Source of the DNA: a virus
Taxonomy: Duplodnaviria > Heunggongvirae > Uroviricota > Caudoviricetes
Direction: 5' to 3' (one strand)
Length of the DNA stretch: 64,000 bases
Virus record (IMG/VR): IMGVR_UViG_3300006217_000028
A program made the position numbers and the translations under genes. The notes below the pieces were generated by a model that saw only the letters and a program-made list of their open reading frames with translations, searched no databases and was not told the origin of the DNA. Shown here in pieces: positions 18,431 to 26,558 of this stretch; the first letter of the stretch is position 1; every line of letters starts with the position of its first letter.

Positions 18431-19024
18431 ATGCCTGAAACCGTAACCAAGAACATCAACAAAGTCATCTACAACGGCGAGGTACTTATTGACCTGACCG
18501 CCGATACCGTGACTGCGGACAACCTGCTGAAGGATGTCACGGCCCATGACAAGTCCGGCTCGGCGATTGTCGGCGCCTGTCCCTTTGACGTGGATTCTTC
18601 CGATGCTACTGCCGCAGTCGGCGAACTGCTGGAAGGTAAGACCGCCTACGCCAGAGGGGCAAAGATTACCGGCGCCATGAAGGACAATGCCGCTGTCGCT
18701 GGGGTGATTGCCACCAAGGAGCAAGAATACACCGTTCCACAGGGCTACCACGACGGTTCGGGTAAGGTGTCCATCGACGCCAACGAACAGGCCAAGCTGG
18801 TTCCCGGAAACATTCGCGAGGGTGTAACTGTCCTGGGTGTTGAGGGTACTATGTCCGGCAGCGAGGACTCCAAGCCCCAGGCCAAGAGCGTAATACCCTC
18901 AGCAGAGGAGCAGATAGTTCTCCCCGACGAGGAGTACAACTGCCTGTCCCAGGTGACAGTGGCGGCGATTCCCTATGTGGAAGCGGAAAACGCGGCCGGA
19001 GGCACCACCGTAACCATTGGCTGA
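18431..19024 (+). CDS. Hypothetical protein (197 aa); N-module shared with 19038-19481, C-module shared with 16545-16955
   Basis: Paralogy visible by eye (NKVIYNGEVLIDLTADTVTADNLLKDVTAHDKSG vs NKVIANGEVLIDLTGDTVTAGSLKKGVTAHDKAG). No lysin catalytic motifs recognised. Confidence 0.5.
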   Translation: MPETVTKNINKVIYNGEVLIDLTADTVTADNLLKDVTAHDKSGSAIVGACPFDVDSSDATAAVGELLEGKTAYARGAKITGAMKDNAAVAGVIATKEQEYTVPQGYHDGSGKVSIDANEQAKLVPGNIREGVTVLGVEGTMSGSEDSKPQAKSVIPSAEEQIVLPDEEYNCLSQVTVAAIPYVEAENAAGGTTVTIG

Positions 19025-19037
19025 AGGAGTGAGCCAG

Positions 19038-19481
19038 ATGGCTGTAAATAAAGTTATAGCGAACGGCGAAGTCCTTATCGACCTGACTGGCGACACGGTA
19101 ACCGCCGGTTCGCTGAAAAAGGGCGTGACAGCCCATGACAAGGCCGGTGAGATTATCACTGGAACGCTTGACCAAAGTGAAGAAATTGACGACATTGACC
19201 TGGTACTGACCTATGGATTCTCTGAGGGAACAAGAACGTTTGCAGATGACGGCACTGTCGTAGCGCAGGACTCTGCCGGCAGGATGCTGACTCGGACGTT
19301 CTCCGAAGATGGAGAGACTTGTACGTCCGTACTCACTGACAAGGCTGGTGAAGAGCTTGGCAGAATGGTGAGAATCTATGGGGAGGACTTCTCCCAAGTC
19401 ACCATCACAGACCGGCACGGTAATGTCAAGGTCAAAAAGATTTCGTACAACGGTTCGCAGGTGGATGTGAACGTTGAGTAG
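19038..19481 (+). CDS. Hypothetical protein (147 aa), N-module paralogue of 18431-19024
   Basis: ATG 19038 is preceded by GAAGGAGTGAG; the track start at 19017 is TTG. Confidence 0.5.
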   Translation: MAVNKVIANGEVLIDLTGDTVTAGSLKKGVTAHDKAGEIITGTLDQSEEIDDIDLVLTYGFSEGTRTFADDGTVVAQDSAGRMLTRTFSEDGETCTSVLTDKAGEELGRMVRIYGEDFSQVTITDRHGNVKVKKISYNGSQVDVNVE

Positions 19482-19560
19482 ATAGAAGAAGATCCCGGCT
19501 GTCTATGAGATGCGTCTCAACGATGGCCGGGATTTCTTTTATATTTAAGGAGGAAATGAG

Positions 19561-19765
19561 CATGTCTAAAATATCATACTTATGTAAAGGTGAACGAGAA
19601 TGTTCTACAAATCCTCATTGTTTCAAAAATGGTGGAGAATGTAGATATAGTGACCGAGTACAAGACGCCGTAAATTTTGTAGAATTCCCTTATCCTGGAA
19701 GTGATTTTTTTGTAGAGCAGAGTGAGTTTATTTGCCCGGAATCAGTCCTACCAGATGACCGATAA
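19561..19765 (+). CDS. Cys-rich small protein (68 aa)
   Basis: RBS AAGGAGG. CxxxxxxC...C...C pattern and DAVNFVEF motif. Confidence 0.4.
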
Positions 19766-19844
19766 TCTCGGCAACATCTTTGGCGCCGTTTACAAATCGA
19801 TTTTGACTAGGGTGGAAGTGTAACATTAGAGCATCCTTCTGCTT

Positions 19845-20264
19845 TTAACGTAATTTCCTTACTACTCGCTTACCCCCAACGGCAGCTAAACTTCCAAAGG
19901 CAATACCGGCTAGAATGTACAGCAACTTATGAGACGTCGCCTTATGTAACTCGTATTGGCGGATATCAGACTGATCCACAGCGTTAGTATGCTCTTTGAT
20001 TCTATCTAGGTATTGCATTGCCTGTTCAAATGTCAAATCTTTTCTCTGTAGTTGCTCATGTATTATATCGATAGCTTTGCAATGTACGGTCATAACGTTT
20101 TCATGTGTTTTACTCGTTTCACTGTTAATATCACCATGAATACTTGAAACAACTTCAGCTATCTTACCGTTAAATTTTCTAAGCTCCTCAGGGATAGACA
20201 GCTCTTTGTCGCTAGTAATATCATTTGTGTTGACAAGGTTTTTCTTATCCACGATAACCTCCAT
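19845..20264 (-). CDS. Hypothetical membrane-anchored protein (139 aa) in an AT-rich moron island
   Basis: Only a few genes here are on the minus strand. C-terminal transmembrane helix LLYILAGIAFGSLAAVGG. Local GC is far below the phage average (about 19790-20560). Confidence 0.5.
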   Translation of the reverse strand: MEVIVDKKNLVNTNDITSDKELSIPEELRKFNGKIAEVVSSIHGDINSETSKTHENVMTVHCKAIDIIHEQLQRKDLTFEQAMQYLDRIKEHTNAVDQSDIRQYELHKATSHKLLYILAGIAFGSLAAVGGKRVVRKLR

Positions 20265-20342
20265 AGGTAATAGATTTCAAATGTAGCGCGAATTATGCAA
20301 GCCCTTTTATGACCGATAATATATGAAAGGATGGGAAATGGC

Positions 20343-20501
20343 ATGAAGAATTTCACTATGATGTTTGTTGGAGGATTGGCCGTAATTTTCGTTGTTGAAA
20401 GCATCACAATTGTCCGACAGCGAAAATTTATATCCATTCTTACAAGAGTGATTCTGAATGACATCAAGAACGATCAGGAAAACGGCAACGAGAGTGGGTA
20501 A
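20343..20501 (+). CDS. Small membrane peptide (52 aa)
   Basis: MKNFTMMFVGGLAVIFVVESITIV... In the AT-rich island. Confidence 0.3.
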   Translation: MKNFTMMFVGGLAVIFVVESITIVRQRKFISILTRVILNDIKNDQENGNESG

Positions 20502-20584
20502 AACCACTTTCTTTTATTTTTTGTAACCCATTATAAACTATAGGTCAAGGAAAGTCAACCCTGCTAACCGAAAGGAGAATCAAA

Positions 20585-20794
20585 GTGGGAAAACAACATT
20601 ACAGCCTAAAGCCCATCCAGGCTCAAGATGCTCTCAACGAGCTCTGCGAATATCTGCTAGGTAAAGATTATTATATAGTCGACCCACTAGGACCTAGCCA
20701 AGCCAACGCCATCATAGTCGATGACATCAAAGAGAAGTATCCTCCTGCTAATGGCGGATTCATTTCGTGGTTTCGCTGGAAGTTTGGGAGGTGA
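20585..20794 (+). CDS. Hypothetical protein (69 aa)
   Basis: GTG start with RBS AAGGAG. Confidence 0.4.
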   Translation: MGKQHYSLKPIQAQDALNELCEYLLGKDYYIVDPLGPSQANAIIVDDIKEKYPPANGGFISWFRWKFGR

Positions 20795-20799
20795 ACCGT

Positions 20800-20991
20800 A
20801 TGAATCATGAAAACACAACAGTGATAAGAGTAGACGAGCTTGCTAAAATACTCTCTATAGGCCGCAACACTGCCTACGAACTTGTCCGCTCCAGCAAAAT
20901 CCGCAGCGTGAAAATAGGTCGGACCTACAGAATTCCGCTCACGGCAGTAGAAGACTACTTGAATGCCTCTGACGAAACTGGTATAATGTAG
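20800..20991 (+). CDS. xis: Excisionase / helix-turn-helix DNA-binding protein
   Basis: 63 aa. VDELAKILSIGRNTAYELVRSSKIRSVKIGRTYRIPLTAVEDYL matches the excisionase-family HTH pattern. Immediately upstream of the integrase. Confidence 0.6.
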   Translation: MNHENTTVIRVDELAKILSIGRNTAYELVRSSKIRSVKIGRTYRIPLTAVEDYLNASDETGIM

Positions 20992-21030
20992 TCAGTATCT
21001 GCTGTACGGCATTTCTGAAAGGAGGCAATT

Positions 21031-22218
21031 ATGCCGAGCAGCAAAAAGACCGCCAATGGCGGCGGCAGTATCCGTAAGAAGACCGTGATGAAAAAGGGAA
21101 AAGAGTACATATATTGGGAAGCCCGTGTGACTGTCGGAGCTGATCCAATGACCGGAAAGCAGAGGCAGCGCTCCATTACAGGTAAGACCCAGCAAGAGGT
21201 TGCTCAAAAACTGAGGCAGCTTACCGCTGAAATAGACAACGGGACTTATCGCGAACCCTCTAAGATGACCGTAGGGGAGTGGTTGGATACTTGGCAGGAA
21301 CAGTATCTCAACGACCTAAAGCCTCTTACCAAAGAGATGTACGCGACCGCTGTCCGTATCCATCTGAAACCCGCCTTGGGGATGAAGAAATTAGACGCCT
21401 TGCTGCCGGCTGATATTCAACGGTTTTACAACTCCCTGATGCAAGGTGAAAAGCCTCTGTCGGCTAAGACCATAAAGAACATCCATGGGATTTTCCATAG
21501 GGCTTTGCAACAGGCCCTTGACTTAGGTTATCTTCGCAACAACCCCGCAAACCCATGCAGGCTTCCGAGAGTCGAGAAACCGATTATTCACACGCTTGAC
21601 GATGTGAGCACCAAGAAGTTTCTAAAAGCGATACAAGGCCATCGTTTTGAAAACCTCTTCCTCGTGACGCTGTTTACCGGGTTGCGTGAGGGAGAGGCTC
21701 TTGGGTTAAAATGGGATTGTGTGGACTTTACTGGCAGCTCTCTCTTGGTCGGGAGACAGCTCCAGCGTAAACGAGACGGCTCAAGTCAATACTACCTGAT
21801 TTCTCCGAAGAACGGCAAGTTTCGCAAAGTCGTCCTGGCTCCTTTCGTGTTGGATATTCTTCACAGGCAAAGAGCCGAACAGGAGATATGGAAACGCATC
21901 GCTGGTAAAAGCTGGATGGATACCGGGCTGGTATTCACGGATGAACTGGGTGACAATCTCACGCCTGAAACAGTCTATAAGAACTTCAAGAAGATTGCCA
22001 TTGAGATTGGATGCGAATCTCTGCATTTCCACAGTCTCAGACATTCCTACGCAGTAGCTGCCCTCCACAGCGGGGATGACATCAAGACTGTGCAGGAGAA
22101 TCTTGGGCACTACACGGCAGCCTTTACTTTGGATGTGTATGGACATGTTACCGACAAGATGAGGCAGGACAGCGCCGACCGTATGCAGAAATATATTGAT
22201 ATTCTACATGACGAGTAA
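21031..22218 (+). CDS. int: Tyrosine-type site-specific integrase
   Basis: 395 aa. The C-terminal catalytic region HSLRHSYAVAALHSGDDIKTVQENLGHYTAAFTLDVYGHV (R..H..R....Y) is the classic phage integrase signature. N-terminal SAM-like and core-binding domains. Confidence 0.9.
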   Translation: MPSSKKTANGGGSIRKKTVMKKGKEYIYWEARVTVGADPMTGKQRQRSITGKTQQEVAQKLRQLTAEIDNGTYREPSKMTVGEWLDTWQEQYLNDLKPLTKEMYATAVRIHLKPALGMKKLDALLPADIQRFYNSLMQGEKPLSAKTIKNIHGIFHRALQQALDLGYLRNNPANPCRLPRVEKPIIHTLDDVSTKKFLKAIQGHRFENLFLVTLFTGLREGEALGLKWDCVDFTGSSLLVGRQLQRKRDGSSQYYLISPKNGKFRKVVLAPFVLDILHRQRAEQEIWKRIAGKSWMDTGLVFTDELGDNLTPETVYKNFKKIAIEIGCESLHFHSLRHSYAVAALHSGDDIKTVQENLGHYTAAFTLDVYGHVTDKMRQDSADRMQKYIDILHDE

Positions 22219-22219
22219 A

Positions 22220-22580
22220 AGCTGGTAAGGGAAAATTAACGGAAAACTTCGTGCCGGGGAAAAGAAAAAATCCCAAAAAACGGCGGTGTTAAGCCATTTC
22301 TCAGGATTTATCTGTGGCAGGGGCAGAAGGATTCGAATTTACAGCAGTGCTGTTTCCTGGTGTTGTCTAGTGTTTATACATACTAGATGTTGCGCTTTTT
22401 CGGCGCCCCAATTACCGTCAAATACCTTCTAGTACCACCTAGTACCTCCCTCTTAAGGGAAAAAATAAGGGAAACTTTTTGAAACCTTCAGTACAGCAGA
22501 TACTCCATTTTTATGGTTTACCTAAAACAATAAGAAACATTTTCCTAGTTGATTCATTATCCGTAATCATATAGAATGTG
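22220..22580. other. Putative attP / integration-site region (non-coding, AT-rich)
   Basis: 360-bp non-coding gap directly after int. Contains direct repeats CTAGTACCACCTAGTACC, which could be arm-type sites, and a tRNA 3-prime-like string (TTCGAATCC...CCA on the minus strand around 22311-22345) that does not fold as a full tRNA. Confidence 0.35.
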
Positions 22581-22629
22581 ATTGAGAACATCGTCCGAAT
22601 TCTATCCTAGATTAAAGGAGAGCTCGGGT

Positions 22630-22944
22630 ATGGTTATCAATAATGAATCAAGTTGTCCAGAGTGCGGAGGTAAATTGAAATATTACGATAGAGTTGAGAG
22701 AATTGTACGGACGAAAGGCCGCAGTACCAAGTGGGTAACAGTACGCCGCCTGAAATGTTGCAGATGTGGTATGCTGCACAGAGAGCTTCCAGAGTATGTA
22801 TATCCGTATAAACAGTATGAGATGGAAGTCATCACGGGTGTTTTGGATGGGATAATTACATCAGACACCCTTGGATATGAGGATTATCCTTGTGGTATGA
22901 CCATGGCAAACTGGATTTCGCATAAATCCCAGTTCCTCTTATGA
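22630..22944 (+). CDS. Zinc-ribbon protein (CxxC...CCxC), DUF6431-like
   Basis: CPECGGKLKYYDRVERIVRTKGRSTKWVTVRRLKCCRCGMLHRELPEYVYPYKQY. RBS AAAGGAGAG. Confidence 0.45.
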   Translation: MVINNESSCPECGGKLKYYDRVERIVRTKGRSTKWVTVRRLKCCRCGMLHRELPEYVYPYKQYEMEVITGVLDGIITSDTLGYEDYPCGMTMANWISHKSQFLL

Positions 22945-22966
22945 ATACATACTTAGGAGGTTCACT

Positions 22967-23176
22967 ATGGCAAACAAGAGTACCGACATGGATAAAGAGA
23001 TGGTAAAGCTACTTGAGCACTTTGCGCAAGAGTACCACAAGATAGTTGTAAAAGAAACTGTAACGCTGGTTATGCTATGCGCCGGGGCATCGGTTCTGGC
23101 ATCTTTTACCGTTGAGAGTATAAAGCAGTGTGTTCGGGAACACAACTTCAGAAAGATGTATAGAAAAAAGAAGTGA
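22967..23176 (+). CDS. Hypothetical protein (69 aa)
   Basis: RBS TAGGAGG. Followed by a hairpin and T-run. Confidence 0.45.
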   Translation: MANKSTDMDKEMVKLLEHFAQEYHKIVVKETVTLVMLCAGASVLASFTVESIKQCVREHNFRKMYRKKK

Positions 23177-23206
23177 GGGGCCAGCACGGCCTCTTTCTTT
23201 TTTGCT
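23175..23206 (+). terminator. Rho-independent terminator
   Basis: GAGGGGCCAGCACGGCCTC followed by TTTCTTTTTT. Confidence 0.5.
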
Positions 23207-23207
23207 C

Positions 23208-23238
23208 CGCGAAATTCGCAAAGGCTATTGTGAAGGGA
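23208..23238 (+). promoter_or_regulatory. Conserved promoter-like motif, copy 1 (CGCGAAATTCGCAAAGGCTAT-TGTGAAGG)
   Basis: One of 10 copies sharing CGC, 18 nt, then T(A/G)TG(G/A)A, with exactly 21 nt from the C of CGC to the T. Confidence 0.5.
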
Positions 23239-23352
23239 GTGTCTTTTATTGGCGTTCTCTATTACTTTTTCACCGACTTCTTTTTTACTTTAGAATTATT
23301 CTAACCTAGAATAGAAATCGGAGGGAAACTTAAGCCGAAAGGAGCAAGTATT

Positions 23353-23775
23353 ATGAGTAAGAATTTGAGGCATCCGGAACTATCGGAGAAAAATCCATAC
23401 TGGATTGAGAGGCACCGTTACTACGAGCTTAAGCATTTCTGCTTGCAGTACCCTCTCTGGAAGAAAGCCTATGAGGCTATTGATGGAGCGCAAAAGCGTC
23501 ACGAAGATTTGGGTACAGTTATCCAAGTAAGCGGTCACAGAGACCCCACCGCAAAAGCGGCCGAGGCAATGATCTATTTTTCGACTAGGATGGACATGGT
23601 TAAGAAAGCCGCTGCTGATTCGGACGAACTACTCGCAAAGTATCTTGTCATAGGAATTACGGAGGGATGGTCCTACGATGCGCTGAAAGCTAGGTTAGAA
23701 ATTCCATGCGGTAAGGATACATATTATGACCGGTATAGGAAGTTCTTCTGGTTGCTGGACAAGATTAGAGGATAA
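23353..23775 (+). CDS. ArpU/RinA-family phage transcriptional regulator (sigma region-4-like)
   Basis: 140 aa. The C-terminal ...EIPCGKDTYYDRYRKFFWLLDKI resembles the conserved tail of RinA/ArpU activators. Size fits. Confidence 0.45.
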   Translation: MSKNLRHPELSEKNPYWIERHRYYELKHFCLQYPLWKKAYEAIDGAQKRHEDLGTVIQVSGHRDPTAKAAEAMIYFSTRMDMVKKAAADSDELLAKYLVIGITEGWSYDALKARLEIPCGKDTYYDRYRKFFWLLDKIRG

Positions 23776-23818
23776 GCGCAAAAATCGCAGTCCCTGTTAT
23801 GAAAGGAGGCGATATTTT

Positions 23819-24001
23819 ATGGCTGACAAAGGAACCGGAGTTCGTCAAGCAATGCGATCGTGTATTATCGACGAGGTTGCTAAACTGCGTAGGGAAGGTA
23901 AGTCTTACAAAGAAATCGCAGTGGACCTAGGGATACCGATAGGCTACGAAGTCCGCGAGCTGCTTTGTGATACCGCTGAAAAGAATCGCCAAAAGATGTG
24001 A
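23819..24001 (+). CDS. Small HTH DNA-binding protein (60 aa)
   Basis: KSYKEIAVDLGIPIGYEVRELL is a sigma-70 region 4 / LuxR-type HTH. RBS AAAGGAGG. Confidence 0.45.
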   Translation: MADKGTGVRQAMRSCIIDEVAKLRREGKSYKEIAVDLGIPIGYEVRELLCDTAEKNRQKM

Positions 24002-24130
24002 AGACGAAGGGGCTGTGGGGACACAGCCTTTTCTTCTTGATATTTTCCAGTACGCAAACGCCCGGGAAGCGTGCTATTTTAATATCGGAAAAATTCCCGG
24101 CTGGGAAATTTCGGAAAACATTTCAAACTC

Positions 24131-24160
24131 CGCGAGAATATCATCGCCTTTTATGGAACG
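24131..24160 (+). promoter_or_regulatory. Conserved promoter-like motif, copy 2 (CGCGAGAATATCATCGCCTTT-TATGGAACG)
   Basis: See the motif family. Upstream of 24189. Confidence 0.5.
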
Positions 24161-24188
24161 ATATTTTCATTGAAAGGGGCCCATAAAC

Positions 24189-24581
24189 ATGGACGAGAAA
24201 ATTAAAGAACTGTTGGACGAGGAGATACGGTCACAAATTATCGACCTTGCCTCATTCAAGAGCGGCAGTAAAGAAAAGGCGGATGCGATCGATGATCTGG
24301 CCACACTATACAAGCTGCGTATCGAGGAGGTTAAAGCCGAGATGGACCTGGACGATAAAGTCGACGCTCGCGACAGCGAAGACCGTTATCGTCAGGAACA
24401 GCTGAAGGAAAGGACCAAAGACCGGTACATCAACTTGGGCATAGCTGCGGCTGGTATTGTATTACCGCTGATATTTAACTGCGTCTGGATGAGCAAAGGG
24501 TTTGAGTTTGAGAAGACTGGAACATTTACCTCTACCACATTCCGAAATCTGTTCAGCCGTTTTAGGACGACCACGAAGTAA
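24189..24581 (+). CDS. Hypothetical protein with C-terminal membrane segment (130 aa)
   Basis: RBS AAAGGGG. Charged N-terminus and hydrophobic C-terminal third. Confidence 0.5.
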   Translation: MDEKIKELLDEEIRSQIIDLASFKSGSKEKADAIDDLATLYKLRIEEVKAEMDLDDKVDARDSEDRYRQEQLKERTKDRYINLGIAAAGIVLPLIFNCVWMSKGFEFEKTGTFTSTTFRNLFSRFRTTTK

Positions 24582-24630
24582 GTTCCAATCGGGGAGTGCG
24601 CGCAATACGCGTGTCCTCTTCGATTTTACT

Positions 24631-24661
24631 CGCTAAAAATACATATCCTTTTATGGAAAAG
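24631..24661 (+). promoter_or_regulatory. Conserved promoter-like motif, copy 3 (CGCTAAAAATACATATCCTTT-TATGGAAAAG)
   Basis: See the motif family. Upstream of 24752. Confidence 0.5.
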
Positions 24662-24751
24662 AGAACAAAGAGCTCTTTACTCTTGACTAATTCAAGGATG
24701 GACTGTACACTGATTACAGAACTTCCGAGTTAAACATAGGAGGAATATGTT

Positions 24752-24985
24752 ATGAATTTCTTTAATGAGGCAAAAATCAAGGCGTTCGAAACCGGACGAT
24801 ATATCTGCGAGAAATGCGGGTCCGTGATGAAATTCGAGAATGAATGGGAAGAAACCCTAATCTGCGAGAAATGTGGCCATGAGGTAGAGTTAGAGAAATA
24901 TGGCTTCACAGATGAAGAATATGAGGATCTGTATCCAACCTTAGAAGAAGTGTTGGAGCTGGAAGAAGGTTCGAACGACGATTAA
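24752..24985 (+). CDS. Zinc-ribbon small protein (77 aa)
   Basis: CEKCGSVMKF...CEKCGHEVE. RBS TAGGAGG. Confidence 0.5.
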   Translation: MNFFNEAKIKAFETGRYICEKCGSVMKFENEWEETLICEKCGHEVELEKYGFTDEEYEDLYPTLEEVLELEEGSNDD

Positions 24986-25007
24986 GAAACATAACAAAAA
25001 TTCACAG

Positions 25008-25043
25008 AGAGGAGAGTCCTGACGAGGGCTCTTTTCTTTTTTT
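25008..25043 (+). terminator. Rho-independent terminator
   Basis: GAGAGGAGAGTCCTGACGAGGGCTC followed by TTTTCTTTTTTT. Confidence 0.5.
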
Positions 25044-25044
25044 G

Positions 25045-25075
25045 CGCATTTTTTGCATTGTCTTTTATAGAAAAC
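25045..25075 (+). promoter_or_regulatory. Conserved promoter-like motif, copy 4 (CGCATTTTTTGCATTGTCTTT-TATAGAAAAC)
   Basis: See the motif family. Upstream of 25095. Confidence 0.5.
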
Positions 25076-25094
25076 TATAAATGGAGGTTGTCAT

Positions 25095-25310
25095 ATGGGA
25101 TACATAAAGCAAGGATTTCAATTGGTGATAGGGGTGTGTCTAGGAAAGGCGGTATATGACCTAATAAACAATGCCGGGGGTAGAGTAATTCAACACTTGG
25201 TGCCTGAAAAATATTGGAATATCCACCATCCTGATTATCCGCTTAGACCTAAGGTTGAAAAATCTGGGGAAATCCATAGTCAAAATCCGATAGGTTTCAA
25301 AGTAGATTGA
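25095..25310 (+). CDS. Hypothetical protein (71 aa)
   Basis: RBS ATGGAGG. Confidence 0.45.
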   Translation: MGYIKQGFQLVIGVCLGKAVYDLINNAGGRVIQHLVPEKYWNIHHPDYPLRPKVEKSGEIHSQNPIGFKVD

Positions 25311-25350
25311 GTCGCACAGGCTCTTTCTATTTTTTGTTGGGAGGACAACG

Positions 25351-25710
25351 ATGCGGTACCACTACAAGAAGCCTGTAATATGCCTGACTATGTACGGCAA
25401 AGTCTATATCTGTAATCATCCGGTGTACAACCGCTGCACTTTATTTCAGATAGGCGATAAAGGATTAGCCGTGATTCAGCAAAGGTTTTCTCACGATACG
25501 AAATCTACATATTGGAGCGAGATAGACCCATGGCTGGCAAACGATTTATATTTACATCCGAAATTCAAGCAATATTTTGACAGCCGTGCAGGAACTTGTA
25601 CGGACGAGCTTTATCCAACAGTAACAGTTAGGCAAATCATGTGGGCGTTAAAGATGAAACCGCTGAAAAGAGAAAGATGGGAAACCGTCTTCGATAGACG
25701 AAACATTTAA
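25351..25710 (+). CDS. Hypothetical protein (119 aa)
   Basis: RBS GGGAGGACAACG. Confidence 0.5.
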   Translation: MRYHYKKPVICLTMYGKVYICNHPVYNRCTLFQIGDKGLAVIQQRFSHDTKSTYWSEIDPWLANDLYLHPKFKQYFDSRAGTCTDELYPTVTVRQIMWALKMKPLKRERWETVFDRRNI

Positions 25711-25725
25711 TTTGTGGAGGACAGT

Positions 25726-25923
25726 ATGAAACAGCTTACTGGATATTTGAACATTGACAAAGTGTCCTTAACTTATCCGGATTTCTTGATGATAACCAAA
25801 AACGCTTGCAAAAACATCCGCGAGCGTTACTACGAAAAGTTAGATAAGGACACCGTATATACGTCGTTTACAATAGGACTTCGTGATGGTGAGATTTTGA
25901 TACGAAAACTTCCATACCATTAA
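25726..25923 (+). CDS. Hypothetical protein (65 aa; alternative GTG start at 25714)
   Basis: RBS GGAGG 5 nt before ATG 25726. Confidence 0.4.
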   Translation: MKQLTGYLNIDKVSLTYPDFLMITKNACKNIRERYYEKLDKDTVYTSFTIGLRDGEILIRKLPYH

Positions 25924-25929
25924 GTTTCA

Positions 25930-25957
25930 CGCAATTTTTGCAATTCATATTATGAAA
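25930..25957 (+). promoter_or_regulatory. Conserved promoter-like motif, copy 5 (CGCAATTTTTGCAATTCATAT-TATGAAAG)
   Basis: See the motif family. Upstream of 25981. Confidence 0.5.
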
Positions 25958-25980
25958 GTAAATCTGAAAGGAGCATTCGT

Positions 25981-26175
25981 ATGAAAGAATTCAAAGAATG
26001 GAACACCTGGTCAATCGGAGTCAAGATTGTAATGCTAGTATGGGCCGTACTTACGATAATAAGCGCTATTTATAGCGCCGTAAGTACAGTCCTGCTGGTC
26101 GAGCCGAAATGGTTCCGGGACGCCAGAAAGTACATGAGTTATCAAGTGAGAAAACACCGAAAGCAGATTTATTGA
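25981..26175 (+). CDS. Small membrane protein (64 aa)
   Basis: Hydrophobic core VKIVMLVWAVLTIISAIYSAVSTVLLV. RBS AAAGGAG. Confidence 0.5.
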   Translation: MKEFKEWNTWSIGVKIVMLVWAVLTIISAIYSAVSTVLLVEPKWFRDARKYMSYQVRKHRKQIY

Positions 26176-26182
26176 TTAAGGC

Positions 26183-26210
26183 GGAGGCCCGGGCAGGGCC
26201 TTTTCGTCTT
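26183..26210 (+). terminator. Rho-independent terminator
   Basis: GGAGGCCCGGGCAGGGCC followed by TTTTCGTCTT. Confidence 0.45.
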
Positions 26211-26211
26211 G

Positions 26212-26242
26212 CGCCAATTTTCCATGTTCCTTTATGAAAACC
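26212..26242 (+). promoter_or_regulatory. Conserved promoter-like motif, copy 6 (CGCCAATTTTCCATGTTCCTT-TATGAAAACC)
   Basis: See the motif family. Upstream of 26268. Confidence 0.5.
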
Positions 26243-26267
26243 ACATTCTGAAAGGAGCAGAAGGAGC

Positions 26268-26483
26268 ATGGACGAAATGAAAATTGTCTCTGGATTCACA
26301 ACTACACTGGTGTCGAAAGTGCTGAGGTTCGCTTTAAGGAAGAAGTTGGGTTATGATATTCATATCCAGCTTAACATCTTAGAAGCCACCATCAAAGACG
26401 GTAAGACGCATGTGCATATTGACGCGGATGCGGAGATGGATAAGGACGAGCTTGCAAAAGTTCTGAAGTCTGTTGGAATTTAA
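26268..26483 (+). CDS. Hypothetical protein (71 aa)
   Basis: RBS GAAAGGAGCAGAAGGAG. Confidence 0.5.
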   Translation: MDEMKIVSGFTTTLVSKVLRFALRKKLGYDIHIQLNILEATIKDGKTHVHIDADAEMDKDELAKVLKSVGI

Positions 26484-26485
26484 GA

Positions 26486-26515
26486 GATGGCCCGCAAGGG
26501 CTTTTCTCTTTTCGA
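26486..26515 (+). terminator. Rho-independent terminator
   Basis: GATGGCCCGCAAGGGC followed by TTTTCTCTTTTC. Confidence 0.45.
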
Positions 26516-26558
26516 TTTCCGTTGTGAACCTTTTACTTTTTAGAAAGGAGTATATGCT

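Noticed and set aside
22311-22390. Possible tRNA gene on the minus strand (TTCGAATCC T-loop-like sequence and CCA)
   Set aside because: Flanking sequences do not form T-stem, acceptor stem or anticodon arm pairings. Kept only as a possible attP core fragment.
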